Shown: positions 40,201-48,986 of the stretch, piece after piece
Position numbering within the stretch: position 1 is the stretch's first letter
How the letters are laid out: each line of letters begins with the position of its first letter
Assembly: GCF_007748095.1 (NCBI RefSeq)
Contig: NZ_CP036287.1
Location: 1,024,345 to 1,088,344 of the forward strand
Source: Engelhardtia mirabilis
Lineage (GTDB): Bacteria; Planctomycetota; UBA1135; GCA-002686595
DNA: 64,000 bases
Direction: 5' to 3'
Program-made: the position numbers and the translations under genes
Notes under the pieces: model-generated
What the model was told of the DNA's origin: nothing
The model's database searches: none
What the model saw: the letters and a program-made list of their open reading frames with translations, nothing else

Positions 40201-40697
40201 AGGGCCAGGGCCGCCAGCTCCCAGGCCCGCGCCAGGGCGCCCACCGCCTGCTCCGGCAGCGCCAGGGTCCGGCCGACCACGTGGGCCAGGGCCAGGCGCA
40301 GCTCGGTGGGGGACAGCTCCGCCAAGCGCACCGCGCCCGCCGGACCTGCGCCCGCCGGGCCCGCGCCAGCCCGGCCCGCGCCCGCCAGGGCCTCGGCGTC
40401 CGACCCGAGCCCGCCCGGGTCGATCCAAGCCGCCAGCTCGTCCAGCCCGAACCAGCGCTCCCCGGCCAGGCCGAGCTCCGCCGCCCAGGCCGCCGCCAGC
40501 TCCCGCTCCGGCAGCACGAAGACCGCCTGCGGCCGCTCCCGCGCCAACTGCTCCAGGGCCCGCCGGGGGGCCGTGAGGGTCCCGTCAGGGGCCAGTTCCC
40601 GGTCGCGCACGTCCGCGCCGGCCCCCAGGCGCGCCCTCACCGACAACAGCCGATCCCGCCCCGGCGCCGGCCCGTCGACGGCCAGGGACAGGAACAC
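37242..40697 (-). CDS. dinG: ATP-dependent DNA helicase, DinG/Rad3 family, with an N-terminal extension and a repetitive C-terminal tail
   Basis: Walker A LLHAPTGTGKTLAYLLPA, DEAH-like box VFDECEHL, and C-terminal helicase motifs (RxxQGxGRLMRRASDKG). The C-terminal tail has (STHRD)4 encoded by a 15-bp tandem repeat. Confidence 0.85.
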   Translation of the reverse strand: MFLSLAVDGPAPGRDRLLSVRARLGAGADVRDRELAPDGTLTAPRRALEQLARERPQAVFVLPERELAAAWAAELGLAGERWFGLDELAAWIDPGGLGSDAEALAGAGRAGAGPAGAGPAGAVRLAELSPTELRLALAHVVGRTLALPEQAVGALARAWELAALALDGVEPAAASRLRAIAHLVDQPSAIGAPTSLDGRLRECGLRSAELEIAVGSAQLGHEHSTGEDPNGTWPRESLPPGGEGVRPLDEADRELLAQALARPEAIPDGAIPNSAVAAAGLVARPSQVEVLRAVANSLGSGELLLLHAPTGTGKTLAYLLPAMLFAVRNGIRVGIATYTRALQRQAFARDVPLALELLERAGIAERPRAGVLKGRQNYVCGRALALESPREGDEASLAVAYAQVLAFALGAGDGDLDRLPPIERTPFGGIDGVSEERARLVRAVRGRSGCCTRTADRSRCGAESARWRAERSHVVITNQAFALARREFFAHMVFDECEHLHDQAESAFSHVIALAELEYRLRELRGDPSKRGRRSRRRGPVDRLIKAAPAGSKAWELGQQIIDAQEAALSLLGGLEKAGQRFLDWRQAQLASRAERDAHSLLREYVEAAVDPALAALHARLVSSLSRVDACLAGVGETLDEVPGGGGRRLRGALERARIDLLELSTGVDAWLPTHDGEPAFRPETFYDLDPAARGGGLALVARVLLPNEYLGRVALPDLDSAVLLSATTWLGGGFDASKGYLGLDRAAEPAEGEEREPSEVRTFRAPEAFDYGRVLVAIPRDAPDYRAGKAAWLDFAARYVAHLAIRTGGRTLVLMTNASDALDLGGRLSVPLARRGIDVLVQGRRALSNEQLAARFRAGGRAVLIGLDTFWFGADFPGDVLEHVVIPKLPYGVPDRYHHAQCAVLGAGGQRKRIYMPRALGRFRQGFGRLMRRASDKGCVHLLDHRILEPRHRSFLRELPVDATGAEGAARLVRGDSDHCFTQVFEHVGLTADLRAAGLATPFAETRVDAFDDARSEVHEAGAAGLREPRPTDLEEAPDGTPSSYEPGPYEQGLFDAEPGDGGLGHGSSEHGAWWQSTSGHGDSTHRDSTHRDSTHRDSTHRSSDPSSSARHDASQGYERYEGHDGPGPDDSTYDQLGPDDLPAADETPF
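37388..37455. repeat. 15-bp tandem repeat (about 4.3 copies of ggtgcgtcgaatcac) inside the dinG 3' region
   Basis: Direct reading: four consecutive near-identical 15-mers coding STHRD repeats on the minus strand. Confidence 0.9.
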
Positions 40698-40890
40698 GGG
40701 CTCCCGATCACCCGCCCGCGCGGGGGCGGTGGGCTCGGGCGCGGAGCGGCTGTCGGTGGGCGGGTTGGGGCGGATCAGGGCACCGTTGCCATAGGGACGG
40801 ATGGCGGCGTGAGAGGTTACGCATCGAATCGAAGCTCCGCCCCTGCGCCGACCCCGCCGGGCCCCACCTTCCGTGCCGACTTGCGGCCGT

Positions 40891-40929
40891 CCCTCTCCCA
40901 GATCGCTGCGAGTGGCCGAGGGAGAGGGG
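40891..40929. promoter_or_regulatory. Stem-loop (9-bp stem ccctctccc/gggagaggg) in the 408-bp dinG-topA divergent intergenic region
   Basis: Inverted repeat seen directly, about 175 bp upstream of the topA GTG; function unknown. Confidence 0.25.
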
Positions 40930-41104
40930 TAAGCCGAGCCTCGTCAACGGCTTAGGTGTCGCATTTCCAGCCCTTCCAGGGGCCGCCCCGGCACTTCGCG
41001 GGGTTGACGTGGGGGGAGACTCCTCTATCTAGTGCCGCCCCGGCCTTCGGGCGGACGGATCCTTCGTCCCCGAGCGGAGGCCGATTCCCGAGGAGCTCCA
41101 CACC

Positions 41105-43801
41105 GTGTCCGCGAAGCAAGGCCCCGCACTCGTGATCGTCGAGTCGCCCACCAAGGCGAAGACGATCTCCAAGTTCCTGCCCTCCGGCTATGTGGTCGAG
41201 GCCAGCGTGGGGCACATCCGCGACCTGCCCACCTCCGCCAAGGAGATCCCGGCTGCCTACAAGAAGGAAGCCTGGTCGCGCCTCGGGATCGACATCGACA
41301 ACGACTTCCAGCCGCTCTACGTCGTTCCGCAGGCCAAGAAGAAGCAGGTCCAGAAGCTCAAGGCCCTGGTCAAGGACGCCAGCGAGATCTACCTGGCGAC
41401 GGATGAAGACCGCGAGGGGGAGTCGATCTCCTGGCACCTGGTGCAGGTCCTGAATCCCAAGGTCCCGATCAAGCGCCTGGTCTTCCACGAGATCACGAAG
41501 ACGGCGATCGAGAAGGCCCTGGCCGAGCCGCGCGAGTTGGACGAGGGGTTGGTGCAGGCCCAGGAGACGCGCCGCCTGCTCGACCGCCTCTACGGCTACG
41601 AGTTGTCGCCGATCCTGTGGCGCAAGATCGGGCCCGGCCTCTCCGCCGGTCGCGTGCAGTCGGTGGCGGTCAAGTTGATCGTCGAGCGCGAGCGCGAGCG
41701 GCAGCGTTTCGTGCGCGCGACCTACTGGGACCTGTCGGGTGCCTTCGCCGCCAAGAACGGCAACTTCGAGGCGACCCTCGCGACCCTGGACGGCAAGCGC
41801 GTCGCGTCCGGCAAGGACTTCGACCAGCACACCGGCAAGCTCAAGGCCGGCTCGGACGCCCAGTGGGTCGACGAGGCGCGGGCCCAGAAGCTCGCCAGCG
41901 ATCTCAAGAGCGCCGACTGGGCCATCTCCAAGGTCGAGCGCAAGCCTTACACCGATCGCCCCTCGCCGCCGTTCACCACCAGCACGCTGCAGCAGGAGGC
42001 CAACCGCAAGCTGCGCCTCACCGCGCGCGCCGCGATGCAGGCCGCCCAACGCCTGTACGAGAACGGCTACATCACCTACATGCGGACGGACTCGACCAGC
42101 CTCGCCAAGGAGGCCGTCGAGACCGCGCGCGCGCAGATCGAGAAGCTCTACGGCGCCGACTACGTCCCCGACCAGCCGCGCGAGTACCGCACCAAGGTCA
42201 AGAACGCCCAGGAGGCCCACGAGGCCATCCGTCCGGCTGGCGAGTTCGTCACGCCGGACTCGATCAAGGGCAAGGTCGGCGTGGACGAGCTGCGCGTCTA
42301 CGAGCTGATCTGGAAGCGCACCATGGCCTGTCAGATGGCCGACGCGCGCGGGCATCGCCTGAGCCTCGAGGTCACCGGCGCCGGCGCCGTATTCCAGGCC
42401 AGCGGCAAGACGATCGAGTTCCCCGGCTACATGCGCGCCTACGTCGAGGGCGCCGACGATCCGGACGCCGAGCTCGCGGACAAGGAGACGGTCCTGCCCA
42501 GCGTGACCGAGGGCGAGTCCGTGGAGTGCACCGGCCTGGAGGCCAAGGACCACACCACCCAGCCGCCGGCGCGCTTCACCGAGGCGTCGATCGTCAAGGA
42601 GCTCGAGTCGAACGGCGTGGGGCGTCCGAGCACCTACGCGATGATCATCGACACGATCCTGCGCCGCGAGTACGTGGTCAAGCAGCGCAACGCGCTGGTG
42701 CCGACCTTCATGGCCTTCGCCGTCGTCGGACTGCTCGAGCGCCACTTCGGGCACCTGGTCGACGTGACCTTCACGGCGCGCATGGAGGACGACCTCGACA
42801 TGATCTCCCTGGGCCAGAAGGAGTCGCTGCCGTACCTGCAGCACTTCTATTTCGGCGCGGGCGGCGACGTGTCGAAGGCCTCGGACGGCGGCCTCAAGGC
42901 CCTGCTCGAGCAGGAGATCGATCCGCGCGAGTCGTGCACCCTGCCCCTGGGCCTGGACGCCGAGGGACGGGCGATCGCGGTCCGCATCGGGCGCTACGGG
43001 CCCTACCTGGAGCGCGGCGACGAGCGCGCCACGATCCCCGAGGGCATCGCCCCCGACGAGCTGACGATCGAGAAGGCCGTCGAGCTGATCGAGCGCGGCT
43101 CCGGCCCCACGGAGCTCGGGGACGACCCCGACACCGGACGCCCGGCGTTCCTCAAGGCCGGACGCTTCGGCCCCTACGTGCAGCTCGGCGACAACGACGA
43201 CGAGCCCAAGATGAAGTCGCTCCTGCCGGGCATGGTGCCGGAGGAGGTGACCCTCGAGTCGGCCATGCGCCTGTTGCGCCTGCCGCGTGAAGTCGGCGTC
43301 GACCCTGCCACCTCCGAGCCGGTGCTGGCGGACTTCGGGCGCTACGGCCCGTACCTCAAGCGCGGCACCGACACGCGCAGCCTCGAGGCGCCCGAGCAGG
43401 TCTTCGAGATCGACCTGGAACAGGCCCTGGTGGTGCTCGCGACCGAGAAGAAGGGCGGCTTCCGCCGTGGGCCCAAGGCCCTGCGCGACGTGGGCACCGA
43501 CCCGGCGGGCAATGTGGTCAAGCTGCTCGACGGGCGCTACGGCCCCTATGTCACCGACGGCACGACCAACGCCTCGATCCCCAAGGGCACCAACCCCGAC
43601 GACGTGACCCTGGAGCTGTCGCTCGAGCTGATCGCCGCCCGGGTGGCCGCCGGACCGAGCAAGAAGAAGAAGGCCAAGAAGAAGGTGGCCAAGAAGAAGG
43701 CCGCAACGAAGAAGGCGGCGAAGAAGACGGCGAAGAAGGCCACCAAGAAGGCCTCCAAGAAGACGGTCAAGAAGGCCGCCGACGACGGGGACGGGGCCTA
43801 G
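41105..43801 (+). CDS. topA: DNA topoisomerase I with a lysine-rich C-terminal tail
   Basis: TOPRIM N-terminus LVIVESPTKAKTI; active-site region and zinc-ribbon-less C-terminal repeats; terminal KKKKAKKKVAKKKAATKK tail. GTG start. Confidence 0.95.
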   Translation: MSAKQGPALVIVESPTKAKTISKFLPSGYVVEASVGHIRDLPTSAKEIPAAYKKEAWSRLGIDIDNDFQPLYVVPQAKKKQVQKLKALVKDASEIYLATDEDREGESISWHLVQVLNPKVPIKRLVFHEITKTAIEKALAEPRELDEGLVQAQETRRLLDRLYGYELSPILWRKIGPGLSAGRVQSVAVKLIVERERERQRFVRATYWDLSGAFAAKNGNFEATLATLDGKRVASGKDFDQHTGKLKAGSDAQWVDEARAQKLASDLKSADWAISKVERKPYTDRPSPPFTTSTLQQEANRKLRLTARAAMQAAQRLYENGYITYMRTDSTSLAKEAVETARAQIEKLYGADYVPDQPREYRTKVKNAQEAHEAIRPAGEFVTPDSIKGKVGVDELRVYELIWKRTMACQMADARGHRLSLEVTGAGAVFQASGKTIEFPGYMRAYVEGADDPDAELADKETVLPSVTEGESVECTGLEAKDHTTQPPARFTEASIVKELESNGVGRPSTYAMIIDTILRREYVVKQRNALVPTFMAFAVVGLLERHFGHLVDVTFTARMEDDLDMISLGQKESLPYLQHFYFGAGGDVSKASDGGLKALLEQEIDPRESCTLPLGLDAEGRAIAVRIGRYGPYLERGDERATIPEGIAPDELTIEKAVELIERGSGPTELGDDPDTGRPAFLKAGRFGPYVQLGDNDDEPKMKSLLPGMVPEEVTLESAMRLLRLPREVGVDPATSEPVLADFGRYGPYLKRGTDTRSLEAPEQVFEIDLEQALVVLATEKKGGFRRGPKALRDVGTDPAGNVVKLLDGRYGPYVTDGTTNASIPKGTNPDDVTLELSLELIAARVAAGPSKKKKAKKKVAKKKAATKKAAKKTAKKATKKASKKTVKKAADDGDGA
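43663..43780. repeat. AAGAAG-rich low-complexity repeat encoding the Lys/Ala tail of TopA
   Basis: Direct reading of aagaagaaggccaagaagaaggtggccaagaagaag... Confidence 0.8.
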
Positions 43802-43828
43802 TCGAGCGCGGCTCTGGCCGGCGTCGAT

Positions 43829-43847
43829 CCGCGCGCGCCGCGCGCGG
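43829..43847 (+). terminator. GC-only hairpin just downstream of the topA stop (possible terminator)
   Basis: ccgcgcgcgCcgcgcgcgg is self-complementary except at its centre; no U-tract follows, as is common in high-GC genomes. Confidence 0.25.
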
Positions 43848-44067
43848 AAGGCCCGTGCCAGGCCGGACTTCGAACAGCACGGCCGGTGGCGCGGAGGCCG
43901 CGCGGGGCAGGCGCGCCCTGTGCCCACAGTCCCCCCGCGGCGTTCACGGCGCCGGGGACGCGCGCTACACTGTCGCGCCGTCCGAGCGACCCGGCGGTCC
44001 CCACGAGCCGGGGTCGATCCGGCCGCATTCACACCTCACGAAACTGCTGCGGACGGCAACGCTGCCC

Positions 44068-45129
44068 ATGGACATCACCGAACTCACCGAGCCCGGCTAC
44101 GAAAAGGTCGTCCGCTGCGTCGACCGCGCGACTGGCCTGTTGGCCTTCATCGCGGTGCACGACACCACGCTCGGCCCGGCCCTGGGTGGCATGCGAATGC
44201 TGCCCTACGCCTCCGAGGACGAAGCGATCTTCGACGTCAAGCGCCTCTCGCGCGGCATGACCTACAAGTCGGCCGTGGCGAACACGGGCCTGGGCGGCGG
44301 CAAGTCGGTGATCATGGGCGATCCGGCGGGCAAGACCCCGGAGCTGTTCCACGCCATGGGTCGCTTCGTCGACTCGCTGGGTGGCAAGTACATCACCGCC
44401 GAGGACATGAATATCGGGATCGCCGACCTCCAGCAGGTCAAGAAGACGACCCAGTACGTCACCGGGTTGAGCCGCGAGGAAGGCGGCTCCGGCAACCCGA
44501 GCCCCTACACCGCGCGGGGTGTCGTGATGGGCATGCGCGCCGTGCTGGAAGAGGTCTTCGGCAGCGACTCCTTCGAGGGCCGCACGATCCTGATCCAGGG
44601 CGTCGGCGCCGTCGGCCAGCCGATGGCCACCGACATGAAGGCGCGCGGGGCGAAGATCCTGGTTTGCGACATCGACGAGAAGCGCGCGGCGCGCTTCGCC
44701 GAGGAGCACGGCTTCCAGCACGTGCCCGACCTGGACCACCACAAGCACGAGGTCGACGTCTATGCCCCCTGCGCCCGCGGCGCCGGGGTCAACGACCGCA
44801 CGATCGGCGAGCTGCGTTGCAAGGCGATCGCCGGCTGCGCCAACAACATCCTGCTCGAGCCGCGCCACGGGGACGAGCTGAAGGCCAAGGGCATCCTCTA
44901 CGCCCCCGACTACGTGATCAACGCCGGCGGCATCATCAACGTCGGCATCGAGGTCAGCCCCGGCGGCTACAACGAGGCCGTGGCGATCGAGCGCATCGAC
45001 GGGATCTACGACAACCTCAAAGAGGTCTTCCAGATCGCCCGCGAGGAAAACATCGGGACCGAGGTCGCGGCTGATCGTCTGGCCGAGCGTCGCCTCGAGG
45101 CCGCGCGTCAGGCCAAGCAGGAGGCGTGA
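44068..45129 (+). CDS. Glu/Leu/Phe/Val dehydrogenase-family enzyme, leucine-dehydrogenase-like
   Basis: Catalytic GGGK lysine motif (NTGLGGGKSVI) and Rossmann motif GVGAVG; 353 aa. Start is the ATG at 44068 (MDITELTEPGYEKV); the tracked ORF starts further upstream. Confidence 0.85.
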   Translation: MDITELTEPGYEKVVRCVDRATGLLAFIAVHDTTLGPALGGMRMLPYASEDEAIFDVKRLSRGMTYKSAVANTGLGGGKSVIMGDPAGKTPELFHAMGRFVDSLGGKYITAEDMNIGIADLQQVKKTTQYVTGLSREEGGSGNPSPYTARGVVMGMRAVLEEVFGSDSFEGRTILIQGVGAVGQPMATDMKARGAKILVCDIDEKRAARFAEEHGFQHVPDLDHHKHEVDVYAPCARGAGVNDRTIGELRCKAIAGCANNILLEPRHGDELKAKGILYAPDYVINAGGIINVGIEVSPGGYNEAVAIERIDGIYDNLKEVFQIAREENIGTEVAADRLAERRLEAARQAKQEA

Positions 45130-45270
45130 GGATCGAGTAGGCGTTCGTACGGTGCCAGGCACAAAACCGCCGCCTGAACGACCTGGGCCCCCGGCGCCGA
45201 TAGCGCCGGGGGCCCAGGTCGTTCAGGCGGCGGTTTTGTGCCTGGCACCGTACGAACGCCTACTCGATCC
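45130..45270. repeat. Nested palindromic intergenic element, copy 2 (same 38-bp inverted arms as copy 1, different palindromic core)
   Basis: Arms identical to those at 5027-5157. The inner core ctgaacgacctgggcccccggcgccgatagcgccgggggcccaggtcgttcag is a perfect palindrome. Sits between the convergent ldh-like and M14 genes, and its right arm supplies the last codons and TAG stop of the M14 gene. Confidence 0.9.
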
Positions 45271-47770
45271 TCAGCTCCAAGCGGTTCGACAGGGCGATGC
45301 CCCCGGCTCCCGCCGCGAGCTGCTGTAGGTAGATCGACACTCCCTGCAACACCGTGTCGTTCGGGATCGGTAGATCAGCTTGTGCCGGCGCCCCAGGGGT
45401 CGCCGCGCCCGAGCCCACCGTGAACGCCGTTCCGAGGTCGAGCAGCACCGGGCCGCTCACACCGGGCACCGTCAGGAACCCGGTTCCCGCCGATCCGAAC
45501 AGGGTCGTGGCGCTGGCCGACTCGACGCTCGTGAACAGCGTCGGCGACGTTCCGATCGCTGCGGTCCCGTAGAGTGCGATGCGCGGGCCCGCGCCGTAGA
45601 CCGCCAGGGTCAGGTCGTCGATGGCCGCCTCGACCAGGGAGTTGTTGGGGTCGTCGCTGGCGGTCACGCGCAGACGCATGGCGTCGGTCAGGGCGATGGT
45701 GTCGTGCAGCGGGAACTCGACCCGGGTCCAGGCGTTCTCCGTCTGGGCCACGACCTCGAGTGTCGACCAGGAGCCGCCGTCGTCGTTCGAGACCTCGATC
45801 AGGAGCTCGTCGTCCGCAACCGACAGGTCGGCGTACCAGCGCGAGTAGCCCAAGAGGGCCGAGCTCGCACCGGACAGGTCCAGTCGCGGGCTCAGCAGGC
45901 GCGTGAAGCCGTTGTCGACGTCGTCGGTGCCGGCCGAGCCGCCGGTGTTGCCGGTGACGAAGCAGAGGGTGCCCGCCGGGGTGGCGTCGTCTTCGGGCTG
46001 GGCCGGCTGGCCGCTGCTGGTGGTGCCGTTGGGGTCGCCGAGCTCCCAGATGCCGGTGCTGGCGGTGTCGCCGGGGAGCCCCGCGGTCCAGCCGAGGTCG
46101 ACCTCGAGCTGGTCGAGCACCAGGAGGCGCGGCTCGCCCACGACGACGCTTCCGAACAGCTCCTGGTCCAGGCCCTCGTGACTGAGGACCACGCGGTAGG
46201 CGACGGTGCTGCCGGGCTCGGCACCAGCGTCGATGGAGAAGGCCAGCGGCGCGCCGCCGTTGGAGGCGCCCTGGAACGATCCGATCACGCCGAAGTCGCT
46301 GGCGCCCTGCAGCACCGTGGCGCTCCCGCTGTCGATCACGAGGGTCGCGATGACCGAGCTCCCGGTCACCGCGCGCCCGGCGTTGCGAAGGTCGAGCGTC
46401 AGCTCGATTGACTCGCCCGCCTCCACGAACTCGTCACCGTCGCCGATGGTCGCCACGCTCGAAGCGTCCACGTAGACAAAGGCCGCGGCGGCCAGGGAGA
46501 CCCTCTGGAAGGCCAGGAGGTTCTCCTCGGCCAAGGGCACGATGCGCGACGCGGGCGGCCAGAATCCATCCGCCTGGCCGCCGATCTCCGGGGTCCAACC
46601 GAAGGTGCCCTTGGCGGAGTAGTCGTAGTCGAAGGTCACGCCGTTGGCCGGATAGAGCACCAGCGGCGCGGGACCGGCCAGGTACCCGTTGACCTCCGTG
46701 CACAGCTCGTTCAGCTCGCTGAACTCGGCGTCGTTGCCCGTGGGCAGGACGTCGTAGCCCCAGGGCGAGAGCCACAGGTTGGAGTAGGTGTGGGTCGACA
46801 GGGCGGTCTCGAACTGGCGGCTCTGGATGAAGGCCACCATGTTCTGGGTCTCGGGCTCACTCGCCGGCGACGGGCCGCGGTAGGTCACGTCGAACGTGTC
46901 ACCGCTCGATCCCAGGCTGTCGTAGCCCCACTTGAAAGGGTAGTTGCGGTTCAAGTCGACGCCCATCGTGCCGTCGCCGTTGTCGCGACGGTTCTTGCGC
47001 CACAGGCCGCCGCCGCCGGGCGCGATCTGTTGGTTGTAGACGTAACCGTCCGGATTGACGACTGGTACGAAGTACAGCTCGCGCTCGTTCACAAGGTAGG
47101 TTGCGAGGGGATCGGCACCGTAGTTCTCGAGCAGCCAGAGCATGTACCACAGGGTCGTCTGCATGCCCTGGGGCTCGCGCGCGTGGTGCAGGGAGTCGTA
47201 GCGCACCTCGGGCTCGTTCTCGTCGACGTCGGGGTTGTCGGAGATCTTGACCATCCACATCGGGCGCCCCTCGAGGGACTGGCCGATGGAGACCTTCTGA
47301 CTGATCAAGCTCGGGTAGGTGGCGCGCAGCTGGTCGAGCACGTTGACCACCTCGGCGAAGTCGTAGTAGCCGCCGATCGAACCCGAGGTGAAGGGCGGAA
47401 CCAGACCGGCGCCGAGGGCCGGCGCGCCCAGGGGTTGCAGCGCACCGGTCGCCAAGCGCTCCGCGTAGTAGCGCTGCTCGTCCTCGCGCACGATCGTGAA
47501 GGGGATCCCGCGCTGCTCGAGGCGGGCGCGGTCGGCCGCGGTGGCCAGGACGGCGACGGCATCCGAGTCGACCTCCACCAGATCCAACCCGAGGGTGAGG
47601 AGATCCTCGAAGTTGGGCGCCGCGGGCCCGGTGAGGGGCAGGCGGATGTGCGCCTTCACGGGCGGGTCGGCGGGGGAGGCCGCGGTCGTGCCGGCGGAGG
47701 GTGCCGAAGTGGGCGCAGCGGGGTTCTGGACCGCGAGGGCGGCCAGGGCCAACAGGAACGTGGCTGTCAT
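45260..47770 (-). CDS. Secreted zinc carboxypeptidase (peptidase M14) with extra beta-rich domains and the shared C-terminal domain
   Basis: Signal peptide; M14 motifs (HHAREPQGM..., NPDGY, carboxypeptidase-A-like zinc ligands). C-terminal ~90 aa resemble the genes ending at 14084 and 16051. Confidence 0.85.
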   Translation of the reverse strand: MTATFLLALAALAVQNPAAPTSAPSAGTTAASPADPPVKAHIRLPLTGPAAPNFEDLLTLGLDLVEVDSDAVAVLATAADRARLEQRGIPFTIVREDEQRYYAERLATGALQPLGAPALGAGLVPPFTSGSIGGYYDFAEVVNVLDQLRATYPSLISQKVSIGQSLEGRPMWMVKISDNPDVDENEPEVRYDSLHHAREPQGMQTTLWYMLWLLENYGADPLATYLVNERELYFVPVVNPDGYVYNQQIAPGGGGLWRKNRRDNGDGTMGVDLNRNYPFKWGYDSLGSSGDTFDVTYRGPSPASEPETQNMVAFIQSRQFETALSTHTYSNLWLSPWGYDVLPTGNDAEFSELNELCTEVNGYLAGPAPLVLYPANGVTFDYDYSAKGTFGWTPEIGGQADGFWPPASRIVPLAEENLLAFQRVSLAAAAFVYVDASSVATIGDGDEFVEAGESIELTLDLRNAGRAVTGSSVIATLVIDSGSATVLQGASDFGVIGSFQGASNGGAPLAFSIDAGAEPGSTVAYRVVLSHEGLDQELFGSVVVGEPRLLVLDQLEVDLGWTAGLPGDTASTGIWELGDPNGTTSSGQPAQPEDDATPAGTLCFVTGNTGGSAGTDDVDNGFTRLLSPRLDLSGASSALLGYSRWYADLSVADDELLIEVSNDDGGSWSTLEVVAQTENAWTRVEFPLHDTIALTDAMRLRVTASDDPNNSLVEAAIDDLTLAVYGAGPRIALYGTAAIGTSPTLFTSVESASATTLFGSAGTGFLTVPGVSGPVLLDLGTAFTVGSGAATPGAPAQADLPIPNDTVLQGVSIYLQQLAAGAGGIALSNRLELRIE

Positions 47771-47945
47771 GGGGGCTCGAGATGGGGGAGGCTCGCCGGC
47801 GCTGGAGAGGGGGGCCGGCGAGGGAGGGCCGAGATCGAGGTGGGGGGCTCGGCCTGAGTCGTCTTGGACGGTACCCCCTGGTGTGAGGTTCGGGGACGCT
47901 TCGACTTCCCTCGACCCTCCAACGCTCGCGCCGGTCTGACTATCC

Positions 47946-48332
47946 TTGCCGCCGATGAGCGATCTCCCCGACCGCGAGACCCTGCGTCAGACGATCGCCG
48001 GCTTCGACTCCACCAGGCAGAAGGTCCTGGGCGGGATGGTGCTGGCGATGATCAACCAACCCGACGCCATCCAAGATCGCGAGTGGCTGTCCGAGGGCCT
48101 GGCCCAGATGGCCGCGCGCGCCCTGGAGCTGCCGGACGCGCCCGGCCCGGCGGAACTCGAGCTGCTGCGCGCCTGGATCCTCGAGCACCGCGACGCCGTG
48201 CTCAACGCCGCCTTCGCCGTCTTCGTGCGCAGCGCCGAGGACATCCAGGAGGCCGGCGCGCTGGAAGGCCTGACCTTCGAACGCGCCTCCGCGGCTGCAT
48301 TGGTCTATCTGGCGCCCGAGCCCGAGGACTGA
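47946..48332 (+). CDS. Hypothetical protein (128 aa)
   Basis: Intergenic ORF with good GC3 bias; no recognisable motif. Confidence 0.4.
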   Translation: MPPMSDLPDRETLRQTIAGFDSTRQKVLGGMVLAMINQPDAIQDREWLSEGLAQMAARALELPDAPGPAELELLRAWILEHRDAVLNAAFAVFVRSAEDIQEAGALEGLTFERASAAALVYLAPEPED

Positions 48333-48372
48333 ACGCGACGGGTGTTCGCGTACTCGCGCGGCAACGCGCGTC

Positions 48373-48846
48373 TCAGGTGCCCTTCGGCAACGGCCCGACC
48401 TTCCAACGCGCGGTGACCAACGCGACCACCTCGCCCTGGCTGTCGCGGATCGGGGCCTCGACCTCGAGCTCAGCCTCCTCGCCCGCTTCGACGGCGGGGG
48501 CGCGGCACTCGGCCGTGAGCGTTCCGCGGGCCTTCTTGAGGTACCGCGTGGAGAGCTCGATCACGATCGAGCGCATGCCCTCGGGCAGGGCCGTGATCAA
48601 GGCCAGGCCGCTGGCCAGCTCGCCGACGTTGGTCAGGGCCACCGCGTGGATCGAGTTCAGGTGGTTCTCCACCTCGCGGTGTTGCTCGAGGGTCACGCGG
48701 ACCTGGCCCGGGCTCAACTCCTCGACCCGCGCGCCGGTGCTGCCCGAGTAGGGCACGGCGGCGAAGAGCTCTCGGGTGAACGCGGCGGGCGGGTCCGGGG
48801 ACGCCGCGCAGCGTCGCCACAGCTCGAGGATCTGGGCTCCGTTCAT
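48373..48846 (-). CDS. Hotdog-fold thioesterase-like protein (DUF4442 / YiiD C-terminal-domain-like)
   Basis: 157 aa; central HAVALTNVGELASGLAL and the overall pattern fit PaaI/DUF4442 hotdog proteins. Confidence 0.55.
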   Translation of the reverse strand: MNGAQILELWRRCAASPDPPAAFTRELFAAVPYSGSTGARVEELSPGQVRVTLEQHREVENHLNSIHAVALTNVGELASGLALITALPEGMRSIVIELSTRYLKKARGTLTAECRAPAVEAGEEAELEVEAPIRDSQGEVVALVTARWKVGPLPKGT

Positions 48847-48986
48847 GGCGCCGGCAGTCTACGCCGCCCGCAGCCGCGTCGGCGTCTGCGAACGGAACGC
48901 CGCTCGAACCGGTCCGCGCCCGAACGAGACAGGGCCCACCCTCAGCGGAGGATGGGCCCTGTGGTGGTGACGCTTCTACGCGTTGC

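Noticed and set aside
40952-44032. 1026-aa ORF on the minus strand
   Set aside because: It lies exactly antisense to topA, which has unambiguous homology. Its translation is Arg/Gly/Leu/Ala-rich low-complexity sequence typical of open antisense frames in roughly 70% GC DNA.
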